From positions 1 to 49,996 of the IMG/VR virus record IMGVR_UViG_3300020045_001042: a stretch of 49,996 bases of DNA. The stretch is one strand, 5' to 3'. Every line of letters starts with the position of its first letter. The stretch's first letter is position 1. Below, one piece after another: positions 29,050 to 39,002 of this stretch. Origin of the DNA: a virus. Taxonomy: Duplodnaviria; Caudoviricetes. The notes beneath the pieces are model-generated. The model was not told where the DNA came from. It did not search any database and saw nothing but the letters and a program-made list of their open reading frames with translations. The position numbers and the translations under genes are program-made.

Positions 29050-29958
29050 TTAAGCCCCGGAGCTACCGTAGATAGCCCTTGGATCTGACCAACCAAAGGA
29101 GTAACGCGCCGTAGCCTTGAACTTAGCATTCTCGGTATCGAAGTCATTGTCCATCTCGAAGGCATCTCCGCGACGTTCAAAATACTTCAGACCATCCTTA
29201 ACGTTAGTAAGAATGAACCAAGCATCTGGATCAGTTAGGTAGTGATTAACAACGACGTTGCTGAAGATACCCATATCTTTAAGAACATTAGGATCATTCA
29301 GATCAGTACCAACACGACCATCTGCACCAAGAATACGTTTAGCTTCAAACTGGAGTTGATACGGAATAACTAACTTCTCCGGACGAGCAGCGATCAGTAA
29401 ACCACGATCATCACGGAAACCAGCAATATCAATAACAGCTTGCTCAAGAGCAGCTTCACTGAGATCAGCATCAACTGAGATCTTGTTAGAGAAAGTACCA
29501 CCAGCCACATTCGGGTGGGATGCACTCAGAAGAGTAACACCATCACCACCAGTATAACCGGTTGTAGTAGCACGGTTATAGATGTTAGCCCCGATGATTT
29601 CCTTAGTCTGACGCATTGAACGCGCAAGAGCCTTAGCCTTTTGAGAGCCAACCTTACCATACTGATCATCTTCAAAGATTTCACGAGTAACGATAAAACC
29701 AAGTGCATACACAACATGGTTGTAACGTGAGGTGAAGCCTTGCCGCTCAGTATCGTAAGTGATCGGAGCACCTTCATTCTTAACAGACGCAAGTCCGAAA
29801 GAACTAAGACCTAGATCCTCTTCATACGCCTTGTCGGAACTATTCTTTTCAAATAGTTTATCCCATTCTACAGGATAATCAGCATAAGCTTTACCGTAGA
29901 TTGAGTTAAGGCCCGGCCATAATAGCTTGGCAAAGCTTGACGAAGTAATAATACCCAT
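29050..29958 (-). CDS. Major capsid protein
   Basis: LWPGL, EGAPITYD, GGDGV.L.S.SHP, YLTDPDAWF, RYSFGWSDPR. Confidence 0.88.
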   Translation of the reverse strand: MGIITSSSFAKLLWPGLNSIYGKAYADYPVEWDKLFEKNSSDKAYEEDLGLSSFGLASVKNEGAPITYDTERQGFTSRYNHVVYALGFIVTREIFEDDQYGKVGSQKAKALARSMRQTKEIIGANIYNRATTTGYTGGDGVTLLSASHPNVAGGTFSNKISVDADLSEAALEQAVIDIAGFRDDRGLLIAARPEKLVIPYQLQFEAKRILGADGRVGTDLNDPNVLKDMGIFSNVVVNHYLTDPDAWFILTNVKDGLKYFERRGDAFEMDNDFDTENAKFKATARYSFGWSDPRAIYGSSGA

Positions 29959-29971
29959 ATTCTATTCTCCC

Positions 29972-30607
29972 TTAAACGCCGACGATGGCATTACCTTGGG
30001 CACTGGTAGTCAGTTGCACAAGAATCTTATTGTAGGCTGCTGGAGCCTCATTGTCTGGACGCTTAACATACCCAACGATATGCACAGGACGAGTAGCCGA
30101 GGCTGTTGGTGCTGTAGCATTTACATACATAGGTGAAGTACCTGTAACTAGTGCTGAGGTATTAGCCAAAACACCTACGTCCCCATTAAGACCAATATCC
30201 GCAAGAGCAAAAGAAGCAGTAGATTCTACTTCATAAATGATATCTGGACTATCTGCAACTAAAACAAAACTCTTAGTAGAAGCAGGAGCATATTGAGGGG
30301 TGTCAAGAGCGATGCTACCCGCAGTCATCTTACCATCAAGAGGATCTTGTTTAGCATTAACAACCCCAACAACTGCACCTAATACAACACCAGCAACCAC
30401 ATCATTTGCAGATGCAGAAGCAGATAAAGATTTAACAGTTACCAGACCAGAGGTGGATGCATTCGTAGAACGAACTACTAAATCACCAACAAAGATCGGA
30501 ATAGTCTCACTAACGGAGACTTCATAAATATTGGCTTGACCACTGTAGGGCGCGCCAGTAAAGTGCTTCACGGGTTTAAAACCGTTAACACGGCTTACAT
30601 TTGCCAT
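29972..30607 (-). CDS. Capsid-associated (cement/decoration-like) protein
   Basis: MAN...GFKPV, IFVGDLV, VADSPD; sits directly upstream of the major capsid gene. Confidence 0.6.
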   Translation of the reverse strand: MANVSRVNGFKPVKHFTGAPYSGQANIYEVSVSETIPIFVGDLVVRSTNASTSGLVTVKSLSASASANDVVAGVVLGAVVGVVNAKQDPLDGKMTAGSIALDTPQYAPASTKSFVLVADSPDIIYEVESTASFALADIGLNGDVGVLANTSALVTGTSPMYVNATAPTASATRPVHIVGYVKRPDNEAPAAYNKILVQLTTSAQGNAIVGV

Positions 30608-30620
30608 AAATTATTTCCTT

Positions 30621-31013
30621 TTAAGTTTTCCCATCTATCTTCAGACTACCATAGTCAGCAGCAGATTGGGCTTCTTTTCTCATAGATTGTTCGAGTTCTT
30701 TAAGTTTCTGTTCTTTGTAAGCTTGATCTTCTTTGTAGTATTCATCCTTAATTCGCATAAGGAATCCATCAATCCCACCCCCAACAGCAACCTGAACAGG
30801 AGAACCATCAGCAGATGCTCTCCCAACTCGTCGATCACCAATTGTTATTGAACTGTCAGTGACAATCTCATAGCCCTGTTCTTGGAACGAGGCAACACGA
30901 TCACCAGTGTCATTCACAATTCTATAAACATAGCCGGGTTCTTTACCCTTTATTCCTAGAACGGAACGGTTCGCTAGTGATGTACGCTGTGTACGTGTGG
31001 TCTTAGTTACCAT
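30621..31013 (-). CDS. Conserved head-module hypothetical protein
   Basis: PGYVYRIVND...GYE...LMRI. Confidence 0.6.
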   Translation of the reverse strand: MVTKTTRTQRTSLANRSVLGIKGKEPGYVYRIVNDTGDRVASFQEQGYEIVTDSSITIGDRRVGRASADGSPVQVAVGGGIDGFLMRIKDEYYKEDQAYKEQKLKELEQSMRKEAQSAADYGSLKIDGKT

Positions 31014-31841
31014 TTACTTATTCCCTCTTAGTTGTTTAACTTGTTCGATATATTCTTCTTTAGTTAGAATACCTTGACGTACAAAAGTATTCATTACCTT
31101 ACGCTCATCTTCTGTTAGTTCAAAAGATGTCTTTCCCTTTGCAACGCCTCTAGGAGTCTCTCCTTCGACTGCTGCGGAACGCTCTCTATTTGGATTCTGG
31201 AAGGAGTCTTTAAACTTAGACTTAACTTCTCGTGTCACATATTTCAAGACTAGCTCAGGATCAATGCCCGGATTCTTGGACGCATATCCTTGTCCGATAA
31301 TATCAGCATAGTCTCGCATATCTTGATTCTTTTCATACCAAGAGTTTGATTGTGCCCAATCCACAAATCGAGGATCAATTTGATTCTTAGGTTGGGTTTC
31401 TGCTACAACTTCACGAGCCTTTTGTTCTGCACGAAGATCCGTTAGAAGTTCAGTAGTCTCGATGTAACCATCAGAGTCTCCGCTTTCTAAGTGCTTCTTC
31501 TGTAGAGCTTTAAGCTCCTCCACCGCACGCTTATATTCAGTTTCCTTTACCTTCGTGTGATGCTCTTGTAACATCTTTAGAGCTTTGCGTGTTTCCTTTA
31601 GCTCCTTACCCATTGTATCAATCTTGCCATACAACTCACCACGTTCTACGAACTCTTTACTATCACGCCATTTCTCAGGATCGCCATCCCATTCATCTTT
31701 AGGACGCCATCCCATCTCACGGGCTTCTTGCTCGTAATGCGATACTTGTGTAGTATCTCCTGTTTCTTGTTGTGTTTCGTCTTGGTCGTTTGTTTCAATA
31801 GAAGTATCTACTACTCCACCATCCAAATTTTCAACTGACAT
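31014..31841 (-). CDS. Scaffolding protein
   Basis: Acidic N-terminus, AREMGWRP, coiled coil, N.WY, C-terminal LTEDERK...EEY; lies between portal and capsid. Confidence 0.7.
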   Translation of the reverse strand: MSVENLDGGVVDTSIETNDQDETQQETGDTTQVSHYEQEAREMGWRPKDEWDGDPEKWRDSKEFVERGELYGKIDTMGKELKETRKALKMLQEHHTKVKETEYKRAVEELKALQKKHLESGDSDGYIETTELLTDLRAEQKAREVVAETQPKNQIDPRFVDWAQSNSWYEKNQDMRDYADIIGQGYASKNPGIDPELVLKYVTREVKSKFKDSFQNPNRERSAAVEGETPRGVAKGKTSFELTEDERKVMNTFVRQGILTKEEYIEQVKQLRGNK

Positions 31842-31844
31842 CTT

Positions 31845-32144
31845 TTATTCCTTAATAATAACTAAGAGGTCCTCATCATTGCAGACGACGTACTTAGTGT
31901 TGTCTATATCTTGTACTTCCTTGCCACTATATTTGGCAATAATAACTCGATCACCAACCTTAACTGTATCCTTAGAACCACCATAGTCCTTGAATACCGT
32001 ATCTCCAATTGAGACAACAGTACCAATTTCAACAGCCTTACGTTCTTTTTCGATTAAGTCTTTTGGAATTACAATACCACTCGCTGTAACCTCTTCAATA
32101 TCATCTAACTTCAATATAATCCGGTGCAGGATCGGAGCTAACAT
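31845..32144 (-). CDS. groES: GroES-like co-chaperonin
   Basis: PILHRI, TASGIVIP mobile loop, GTVVSIG, VKVGDRV...KYSG, NDEDLL. Confidence 0.88.
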   Translation of the reverse strand: MLAPILHRIILKLDDIEEVTASGIVIPKDLIEKERKAVEIGTVVSIGDTVFKDYGGSKDTVKVGDRVIIAKYSGKEVQDIDNTKYVVCNDEDLLVIIKE

Positions 32145-32362
32145 TATTCGCTTTCCTCCATATCCTCAAATCCAACGCCTAAGATATCATTGTTAGCGGA
32201 GATATACCCACGAAGATAGTTATCAAACGTTGGATCTAATCCAGCATTACCTGCAAGAGTATTCTTTGCATCTTCAATTCGTTCATTAATCTTAATCATT
32301 ACCATAGTGGTAACTGGATCGGCCTTCCAATTTAAAAAATCACTAGAACTTATTACGGACAT
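32144..32362 (-). CDS. Hypothetical protein
   Basis: 72-aa ORF coupled between portal and GroES. Confidence 0.6.
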   Translation of the reverse strand: MSVISSSDFLNWKADPVTTMVMIKINERIEDAKNTLAGNAGLDPTFDNYLRGYISANNDILGVGFEDMEESE

Positions 32363-32365
32363 GTC

Positions 32366-34417
32366 TTATTTTCCCTTTGGAATTTGTTTTTCTTTACTTT
32401 GCTTCAGTTTTTGCTCATGTTGTGCTACCATCGTAGCTAATTTTACGTTACCCTCTACAGCTTTTTGTTTTGTTGCTTGTTGTGCGCTAACTGCTTTGAG
32501 GAAACCTTCTACTTGCTTACTCTTTGCCTCTAATTCTGCTGACTGAGCCTTCATTTGTAGGTCATTCTGCATACCAGCCGCTCGAAGTTGAGCTTCTCGT
32601 TCTTTAATCTGCATATCTTGAGTAGCTTTTTGTGTATCTAACTGTGCTTTCATCTTCATAGCCTCTACCTTTGGATCAGGTGGGGGTGGAGATGGTTGTT
32701 TAATGTACTTCTCGGCATTAGGAATCTCAAATGCTTCAAGATAAGCCTGTGTAACTTCCATTGGATCAAGAGTACCTAGCTGGAGGATCTGCATCATAGC
32801 TTGTACTCTGGCCTGCTTCTCTTGATTAGAAGAGGCGGTTGGGTCAGCGCCCGGAACTATATCATTTTCAGAACCTTGGTAGTCATCTTGACCTACTTCC
32901 AGATCTAGAACATCTATATATTCCTGTGGATTCAGATAGGTCTTATTAAGACGATACAGCTTTCGGAATTCCTTCTGTAGAGAACGATATACTCGTTTAT
33001 ATACAGCCGTAAAAACCTTCATCCCTTGATCTATAGAAGCCATCGTAGTAGTTGCAGGGGTATTCTGCCCCGGCATCTTACCAGTCATAATCTCAGCAAC
33101 AGAAGCTAGTTCCTTACCAGACTTCAGAAGGAGATCTAGTAGATTAAATAGAACTGAGCTAGGTTCACGTACAGGTAATGGGAAGATCTGCTTCTTGATG
33201 TCATCTCCAGTAGCATTAACTGCTTTCCACTCACCGGGAGTAAACTTAGCTTCTCCCATCTTGATACGAAGACCTTTACCTATGAAACCTGCTTGTAGAT
33301 TACTTAGAGAACCTGCATCCACCAGTTGATTAATAATCGTATTTGCTGATTCATTAATGGGGCCAAGAAGCCTACCAAAACCAATGTCGTAAAAACCACC
33401 GTCAGGGTTTGGTATAAATGAATATTTCGTGTAATACTGGATTGGATCAATGTAAATAACTTTAGATTTCTCATCTACTTGTACATCTTCTTCAAGAAAG
33501 CGTGGGACAAGTCGTAAGACCTTTTTACTATTAAGTTCTACAGTAGCAACATAAGGTTCAGGATAATCATCACCATCAAGGTCAAAGAAGCAATGCTGCT
33601 CTAACATTGTATATGGAGTAGTCTCATCCATTGTTGCTCGATGTTGCATTGAATCTTTAATCTTAGAACTATCAAAGGGATCTTGTTCAGTAGGATCACC
33701 TAGATTAATATCTAGATAGAGTCCACTGTTAACTCGTTCCTTTACTTGTCGCTTAGATAGAGGAAGTACCTCAGTAACTCGTTCAGCATCCTCAAGAGAT
33801 CTAGCATTATAATTAACGACTAGATACTTTGGTAAGATAAGCTTAGAACAGTTCTGTTGCTTGATAGGATTCCAGTAAGTCTTCTTAAAACATGTACCAG
33901 CAATCGGAAGGGATAAAAGTAACTTATCCATATCCTCTTCCCAATCTTCCATCTCATCTAAGATCTGGTAAGACATATGGGTTGATATACGGAAAGCTCG
34001 TTCAGCCTTCTCACCTGTAGGATCAGAACCTACTGTTTTACAGTGCACTATCTTACCATTAGCAGGAACTAAGGTAGGATAGGCACGGGCCTCGAACTGC
34101 ATAGCAGCAGTAGCGAGAAGTGGAAACTTGATATTAGCTGCCCCTTGCCACGGGTACGTTTTCTTTTCCCCGATTTGCAGAGCAAGCTTAGTCCAAGTCT
34201 CCAGATCTTTTTCCCACGGTTCACGTGACGCTAAATCTGTTTCATAACCAGAGACTACGTCATCTCCGATTATTTGTAAATCATCTTCATCTAGAAGGCT
34301 GGCAATATTCTTTGAAGCAAGGATATCCTCTAGTGTTAGGTAGTCATCAAACTCTTGGTTTGTACCTTGGAATGTTTCATCCTTAGTATCCACAGATAGA
34401 ACTTCGTCCTTCTTCAT
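32366..34417 (-). CDS. Portal protein
   Basis: PWQGAANI, GTCFKK, GGFYDIGFG, long Gln-rich C-terminal barrel; follows the terminase. Confidence 0.85.
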   Translation of the reverse strand: MKKDEVLSVDTKDETFQGTNQEFDDYLTLEDILASKNIASLLDEDDLQIIGDDVVSGYETDLASREPWEKDLETWTKLALQIGEKKTYPWQGAANIKFPLLATAAMQFEARAYPTLVPANGKIVHCKTVGSDPTGEKAERAFRISTHMSYQILDEMEDWEEDMDKLLLSLPIAGTCFKKTYWNPIKQQNCSKLILPKYLVVNYNARSLEDAERVTEVLPLSKRQVKERVNSGLYLDINLGDPTEQDPFDSSKIKDSMQHRATMDETTPYTMLEQHCFFDLDGDDYPEPYVATVELNSKKVLRLVPRFLEEDVQVDEKSKVIYIDPIQYYTKYSFIPNPDGGFYDIGFGRLLGPINESANTIINQLVDAGSLSNLQAGFIGKGLRIKMGEAKFTPGEWKAVNATGDDIKKQIFPLPVREPSSVLFNLLDLLLKSGKELASVAEIMTGKMPGQNTPATTTMASIDQGMKVFTAVYKRVYRSLQKEFRKLYRLNKTYLNPQEYIDVLDLEVGQDDYQGSENDIVPGADPTASSNQEKQARVQAMMQILQLGTLDPMEVTQAYLEAFEIPNAEKYIKQPSPPPPDPKVEAMKMKAQLDTQKATQDMQIKEREAQLRAAGMQNDLQMKAQSAELEAKSKQVEGFLKAVSAQQATKQKAVEGNVKLATMVAQHEQKLKQSKEKQIPKGK

Positions 34418-36542
34418 TTAAGCCACTCTCTTCTTTTTCTCGTTCATAATCATCATCGTCCATCTCTTCCTTGGTGGGGGCTTCAATAATCTTATCAATC
34501 ATTAGACCCAAATAAGCCATACTATCAACCTGATCGTCATGCTTATCTCTAGGGAACCTCATTAGCTCATCTTCTAATGCTTGATACCATTCAGCAGTCT
34601 TATCAAACTTAACTGCACCAGCCCTCATCCGGGCTTGTATAGATTTGGCTCTTGTTTTCTTATCTGCTTTATGGGGCTTGAGTGGAATGATATTAAGGAA
34701 AGTATTCCGTTCTATCATTGTTCGATTAAGGAAAGGCCCAATGGCCTTACTTACTTGCATATCCTCAATACCAAAAGCAATCGGATCATATAGATTCTGT
34801 AGAGCTAGTAGAGTATCTACAATCTCCATACCATCCATACGATCTCGGATAACGTTTATGATATGAAGAACACCATCCTCATCCATACCACCTACGATCA
34901 TTACTGTGTAATCTGCACGCTCTGATTCAGAGATAGCAAAGTCACCTGAGATGTAGTAATTTAGTTTCTTCTTCTTATCGTCTTCCCGGCGAGAGGCGAA
35001 GTCATTCTTCTTAAAGAAGGTATTAGCTTCATCTATCGGAACATTCAGATACTCCTGAGAGTAGACATCAGCTAGGCCACGATCTATATAATCCTGACGG
35101 ATTAATCGGAATTCATTAGCTGTTCTACGTTCAGGCCATAGAATCTGAGAGAAGTCTTGGTTATGTGCTCTGTACTTAACTGTCTTCCACTGTGAAGCAG
35201 ATCTAGTTGAGTACATCTTTAACTCTTCTTGTACAGTATATTTGTCTGTATCTCTAGGCATTAGATTCTCTAAGAAGGAATCCATATGTAGCACAGTACC
35301 TACTATTCGTATAATACCATTCTGAGATCTACAGGGGATCAGGGCACCATACACCCATCTCTTAAACTTCTCACGACGATCTTTATTCATAACGACTTCA
35401 TCATTCTCTAAGTCATCACAAACAATCAGATCAGGTCGAGATCCATTCCACAACATACCACGTAGTTTTTGTTCACTACCTTTAGCAACTATTCGGAACT
35501 TAGTTCCATCAGCAAAAGAAACAATGATGTCGGTCGCTGAATCCTTTTCAAAGGAAACCTCACCCTTCTCATTCTTCTTTAAATTGAATAGTTCTATAAT
35601 GTCTTGATTCTCTTGCAACTCTTGTGTTATCTGCCCAAGGAACATCGCCGCTTGGGATTCCGTATCGCTTACCAGCAATACAAATCTTCGATTACGAAAT
35701 AGAACATTTGCTAGTACATAACTAAGGGAAATGGCCGTAGATTTTGCGTGCTTAACTGTAATCCCAGATTCCTCTGGGTGCCGGACTATACCTTCTTCAA
35801 TCTAAGGAGTTAATTTCTTGTATCTTATCTTTTAATAATCCACGTAAGAGGATTACATCATCTGATGTTCTCTTAGTAGTTCCCATAGTTTCTTGGAATT
35901 CTATGCCTAAAAGAGCAACTTCCTTTTTATGAATGAGATAAGGTACTAACTGCACCAAAGCATCTTTAGCTTGATTACAACTTAAAGTCCAAACCCACTG
36001 TTCTTTTCTATTATAACCTTCTCTATTGGGGCCACTATTCTTTACCCTTATAGTACCACCAAACAAGGATTGTAATTCTTGTAATGGGGGTTGCTGTGCT
36101 TGACAAGCTCCTACCCTAAGATATAAACTTGTATATACAGTTTCTTTTACTTTCTGTGTTCTACGTTGGACAGTAATAAAACCATCGCCATCAATAAAAC
36201 CAGCGGCCCACGCAAGCCGATGCGATTTAGACATAGTGTCTTCTCCTTAATAATTACTTTGATGATCCCCGTCTAGTCTCTACACCTTCCACGGTATGTG
36301 GCTTGGCTCGGTATTGTCCGTTCTGGAGTTCACCGAATTTGAGGATTGTTTAACGCGAGGCCATGCTGTTAACCACGCGGTGCTGATATAGCAACAAATC
36401 TACTTTTAGAAGTACACAGTTCCCACATTTCATCATGGAACTGGGGTATTTGTGACGCATCATCAAACCTGTTTATCAGACATGTTCCAACGAATCCGTG
36501 GATCACATCCTTAGTAAGTTGTACTACATCATTTACAGCCAT
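34383..36542 (-). CDS. Terminase large subunit; exons 36542-36372 and 35750-34383 (512 aa)
   Basis: Spliced Walker A SAPRG|HAKST, Walker B VCDDLE, coupling motif GTVLH, nuclease SGDFA and HDDQVD. Confidence 0.9.
35751..36371 (-). mobile_element. Group I intron in terminase Walker A
   Basis: GGU|UAA...UAAG|CAC boundaries; P1 CGCGUGGU/GCCUCGCG, P4 UUCGGUG/UACCGAG, P7 GACUA/UAGUC, P9 CCCAGA-GGAA-UCUGGG. Confidence 0.92.
35797..36234 (-). CDS. Intron-encoded single-motif LAGLIDADG homing endonuclease
   Basis: LAWAAGFIDGDG; RBS AAGGAG; lies inside the terminase intron. Confidence 0.9.
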   Translation of the reverse strand: MSKSHRLAWAAGFIDGDGFITVQRRTQKVKETVYTSLYLRVGACQAQQPPLQELQSLFGGTIRVKNSGPNREGYNRKEQWVWTLSCNQAKDALVQLVPYLIHKKEVALLGIEFQETMGTTKRTSDDVILLRGLLKDKIQEINSLD

Positions 36543-36545
36543 ACA

Positions 36546-36845
36546 TTACTTACCTTTCTTACTCCGCTCGGAGCGCATTGAGCCATCTTTATTTCTTGAG
36601 AATGCTCTGTTATTACTGGGGTTCTGGATAAATAAATTTGCGAGTACAGATTTACCGCCCTTGCCAATAGCCTTCTTATGACCTACATCCCCATTAATAG
36701 ATGTAGCCTTAACACCTTTTTTAGTAGCAACCATAGCCCTCGCCTTATTTCTAGCAGCCCGATCTTTAACCCGATTAGGTTTCTTTTTCTTTTCCCAGTT
36801 TAATTCTTTTTTATAATCTCTGGAACCGTTAGTCATGAAGGGCAT
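36546..36845 (-). CDS. Small basic HNH-like protein
   Basis: DVGHKKAIGKGG...NL...NNR; lies between the terminase subunits. Confidence 0.6.
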   Translation of the reverse strand: MPFMTNGSRDYKKELNWEKKKKPNRVKDRAARNKARAMVATKKGVKATSINGDVGHKKAIGKGGKSVLANLFIQNPSNNRAFSRNKDGSMRSERSKKGK

Positions 36846-36892
36846 ATTACTTACAACCCTTCTTGCCCTTTCCGGTGCTGCGGCCCTGTCCC

Positions 36893-37480
36893 TTACATTT
36901 CTTTGCCATCTTCAATTACCTCCGCGTCTACTACGTTGTTGTATTCACCTTCAATGTACTGATCCACAGTAGCATCCTTTTCTACCCTCTTACCAGCAAA
37001 GGCTGCGAACTGCTCGGCTAACTTTAAAAGTCTACCTGCTTGATTCAGATCATCTACTTTAATGTTTGTTGGTTTCTTGCGTATCAATTGCCGTTTATCA
37101 AATAACCCGGATGTAACTCTTTCTAAATCCCTAGCTTTAAGGGGAACCTTTACTAGTCTACCTGTCCTTTGGTCGTACTGATAATCACCTTCGTCTATTC
37201 GATCTACTAACATATCAAGGGCTTTATCTATAACCTTTGACATCTTATTATCTTGACGTTGACCTTCACCTGACTGAATCTCCTCAATCAGTTCCTTCCA
37301 CCAATCCGATGTCTTCCACTTGTCTAGTGTACTCTTCGGAATGTTCATCATTCTAGAAGTCTCTGCCATGTTACCTGTTGCCAGATACGTGGTTACTGCT
37401 TCTAGTTGTTTGCGTTTGTCCCAGTGGCCGGGATCGTGCGGCCGTACCTTACGGCTTCTTACATAAACCAGCTTCCCCAA
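36893..37480 (-). CDS. Probable terminase small subunit
   Basis: N-terminal HTH-like region (TGNMAETSRMMNIPKSTLDKW), first late gene; TTG start after AAGGAG. Confidence 0.6.
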   Translation of the reverse strand: MGKLVYVRSRKVRPHDPGHWDKRKQLEAVTTYLATGNMAETSRMMNIPKSTLDKWKTSDWWKELIEEIQSGEGQRQDNKMSKVIDKALDMLVDRIDEGDYQYDQRTGRLVKVPLKARDLERVTSGLFDKRQLIRKKPTNIKVDDLNQAGRLLKLAEQFAAFAGKRVEKDATVDQYIEGEYNNVVDAEVIEDGKEM

Positions 37481-37543
37481 TGTGAATCTCCTTAGATGTG
37501 AGGTGTATTAGTCTTTCTCTTGAAGACTAAATCCAATACAGTA

Positions 37544-37572
37544 ATTATACCACACAAAAGCCTAAATGTCAA
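37544..37572 (-). promoter_or_regulatory. Consensus sigma70 promoter driving the morphogenesis arm
   Basis: Minus strand TTGACA (37572-37567), 17 nt, TATAAT (37549-37544). Confidence 0.85.
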
Positions 37573-37607
37573 TAGGTAAGTGAAAATAAATATTTTTAGA
37601 TGAAGTA

Positions 37608-37636
37608 TTGACAAACACTAAAAGATGTAGTATAAT
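37608..37636 (+). promoter_or_regulatory. Consensus sigma70 promoter (divergent)
   Basis: TTGACA (37608-37613), 17 nt, TATAAT (37631-37636). Confidence 0.85.
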
Positions 37637-37736
37637 AAGATTTATAGTAAGTAGTTATTATATTTATTTATATTCTATTTATTATATTGTTTTTTATTTA
37701 TTTATATTTTTTATTTTATTTATATAGGAGTTTACC

Positions 37737-38096
37737 ATGAAACAAGATCAATGGAAGATATGGCACGATACAAACTGGACTGAATTTGAAACACACTCTC
37801 TTATCTTTGGTATACTTAGAAAAACATTAAAAGGTAAATATATCGTTAGAGGAGAGTACACCTTTATGACTTCTGATGGAAATAGATTTCAACCGGATAT
37901 ATCTATCTTTGAATTATTAGAGAGAGGTAAACCAGCAGAACTTATCTTAACTATAGAAGTTAAGAAAGAGTCTAGTAGACAAGATACCTATGTACAGAAA
38001 ACTAAATATGAATTATTAGGTGTACCTTGTTTAGTAGTTACAGGTAAAGAGGGAACTAATATTATTGACATGCTTACTCCCTATTTAAATATATAA
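37737..38096 (+). CDS. PD-(D/E)xK restriction-endonuclease-fold protein
   Basis: GEY...FQPDISIF...IEVK; RBS AGGAG. Confidence 0.65.
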   Translation: MKQDQWKIWHDTNWTEFETHSLIFGILRKTLKGKYIVRGEYTFMTSDGNRFQPDISIFELLERGKPAELILTIEVKKESSRQDTYVQKTKYELLGVPCLVVTGKEGTNIIDMLTPYLNI

Positions 38097-38100
38097 GATA

Positions 38101-38125
38101 AAAGGGCTCCCGCGAGGGGGCCTTT
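38101..38125 (+). terminator. Terminator-like hairpin
   Basis: AAAGGGCTCCC-GCGA-GGGGGCCTTT. Confidence 0.55.
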
Positions 38126-38802
38126 GTCGTTTCCCCGAGCCACAATCTGTACAATACCCCGTAAAGGGGCTTCCTAGCCTCGCCATTCAATTTATATCCC
38201 CCTACCCTTATCCCTCTATCAATTAACTAAAACAAACTCAATGTACCCCCTTAGCAACTTTAGTTGCAATTGAGGGTACCCCTCTTGTTTTGAAAAAGTA
38301 TTAAAATTATAGTAAGCCTTGTATCACCATTTAATCAACCTACAAAGTTTCCCCCCGTACCCCCTTAATTTATTAATAGCCTACTCCTCCTATAACTAAT
38401 AAAAACAATAACTTAGTTTGATTGAACGCACGAACAATGATTTGGTTGACACGATTGTAAAATATAGTTTGTTTTACGATGTGAAATACCTCTATAAACA
38501 ATCAATAGGTTATAGATGTATCCCCCATGTTAGTATAACTAAAGTAATAGAGTATGGATGCGTAGCATACGAAGTACAAGTCCATAAGATAGAAAGGAAT
38601 AGATCATGTGGTATGTATCCCCCAGAAGAATGTGGATTAATCAACCATCAACACTTCAACCTCTTCATAAACTACACGGTACTAATGTACTAGCTATGCC
38701 AATTAACAACGATAGATTTAATCAAACATATCAGATATATTTCTTATCTGGATGTTTAATCTCTATGTTATGTAATAAACGATCACTATCGGAAGGATGG
38801 AA

Positions 38803-38976
38803 ATGAGTAAAGAGAAAGCTAGTCTCGACATATGGATCAACCAGCATTTAGAAGCACGAGAAGAACGGATGCGAAGTATGGATAGTCCGTTCAATTGGCA
38901 TCAGCCATCCGCTAATGATCTACGACCAACAACTGTTGAGGTTGTTGATCTTAACCAACCAATTGAGTTTAAATAG
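38803..38976 (+). CDS. Small hypothetical early protein
   Basis: GGAAGGA upstream; MSKEKASLDIWINQHLEARE... Confidence 0.45.
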   Translation: MSKEKASLDIWINQHLEAREERMRSMDSPFNWHQPSANDLRPTTVEVVDLNQPIEFK

Positions 38977-39002
38977 ATGTACGAAAGAGCAACCCTCTCT
39001 AA

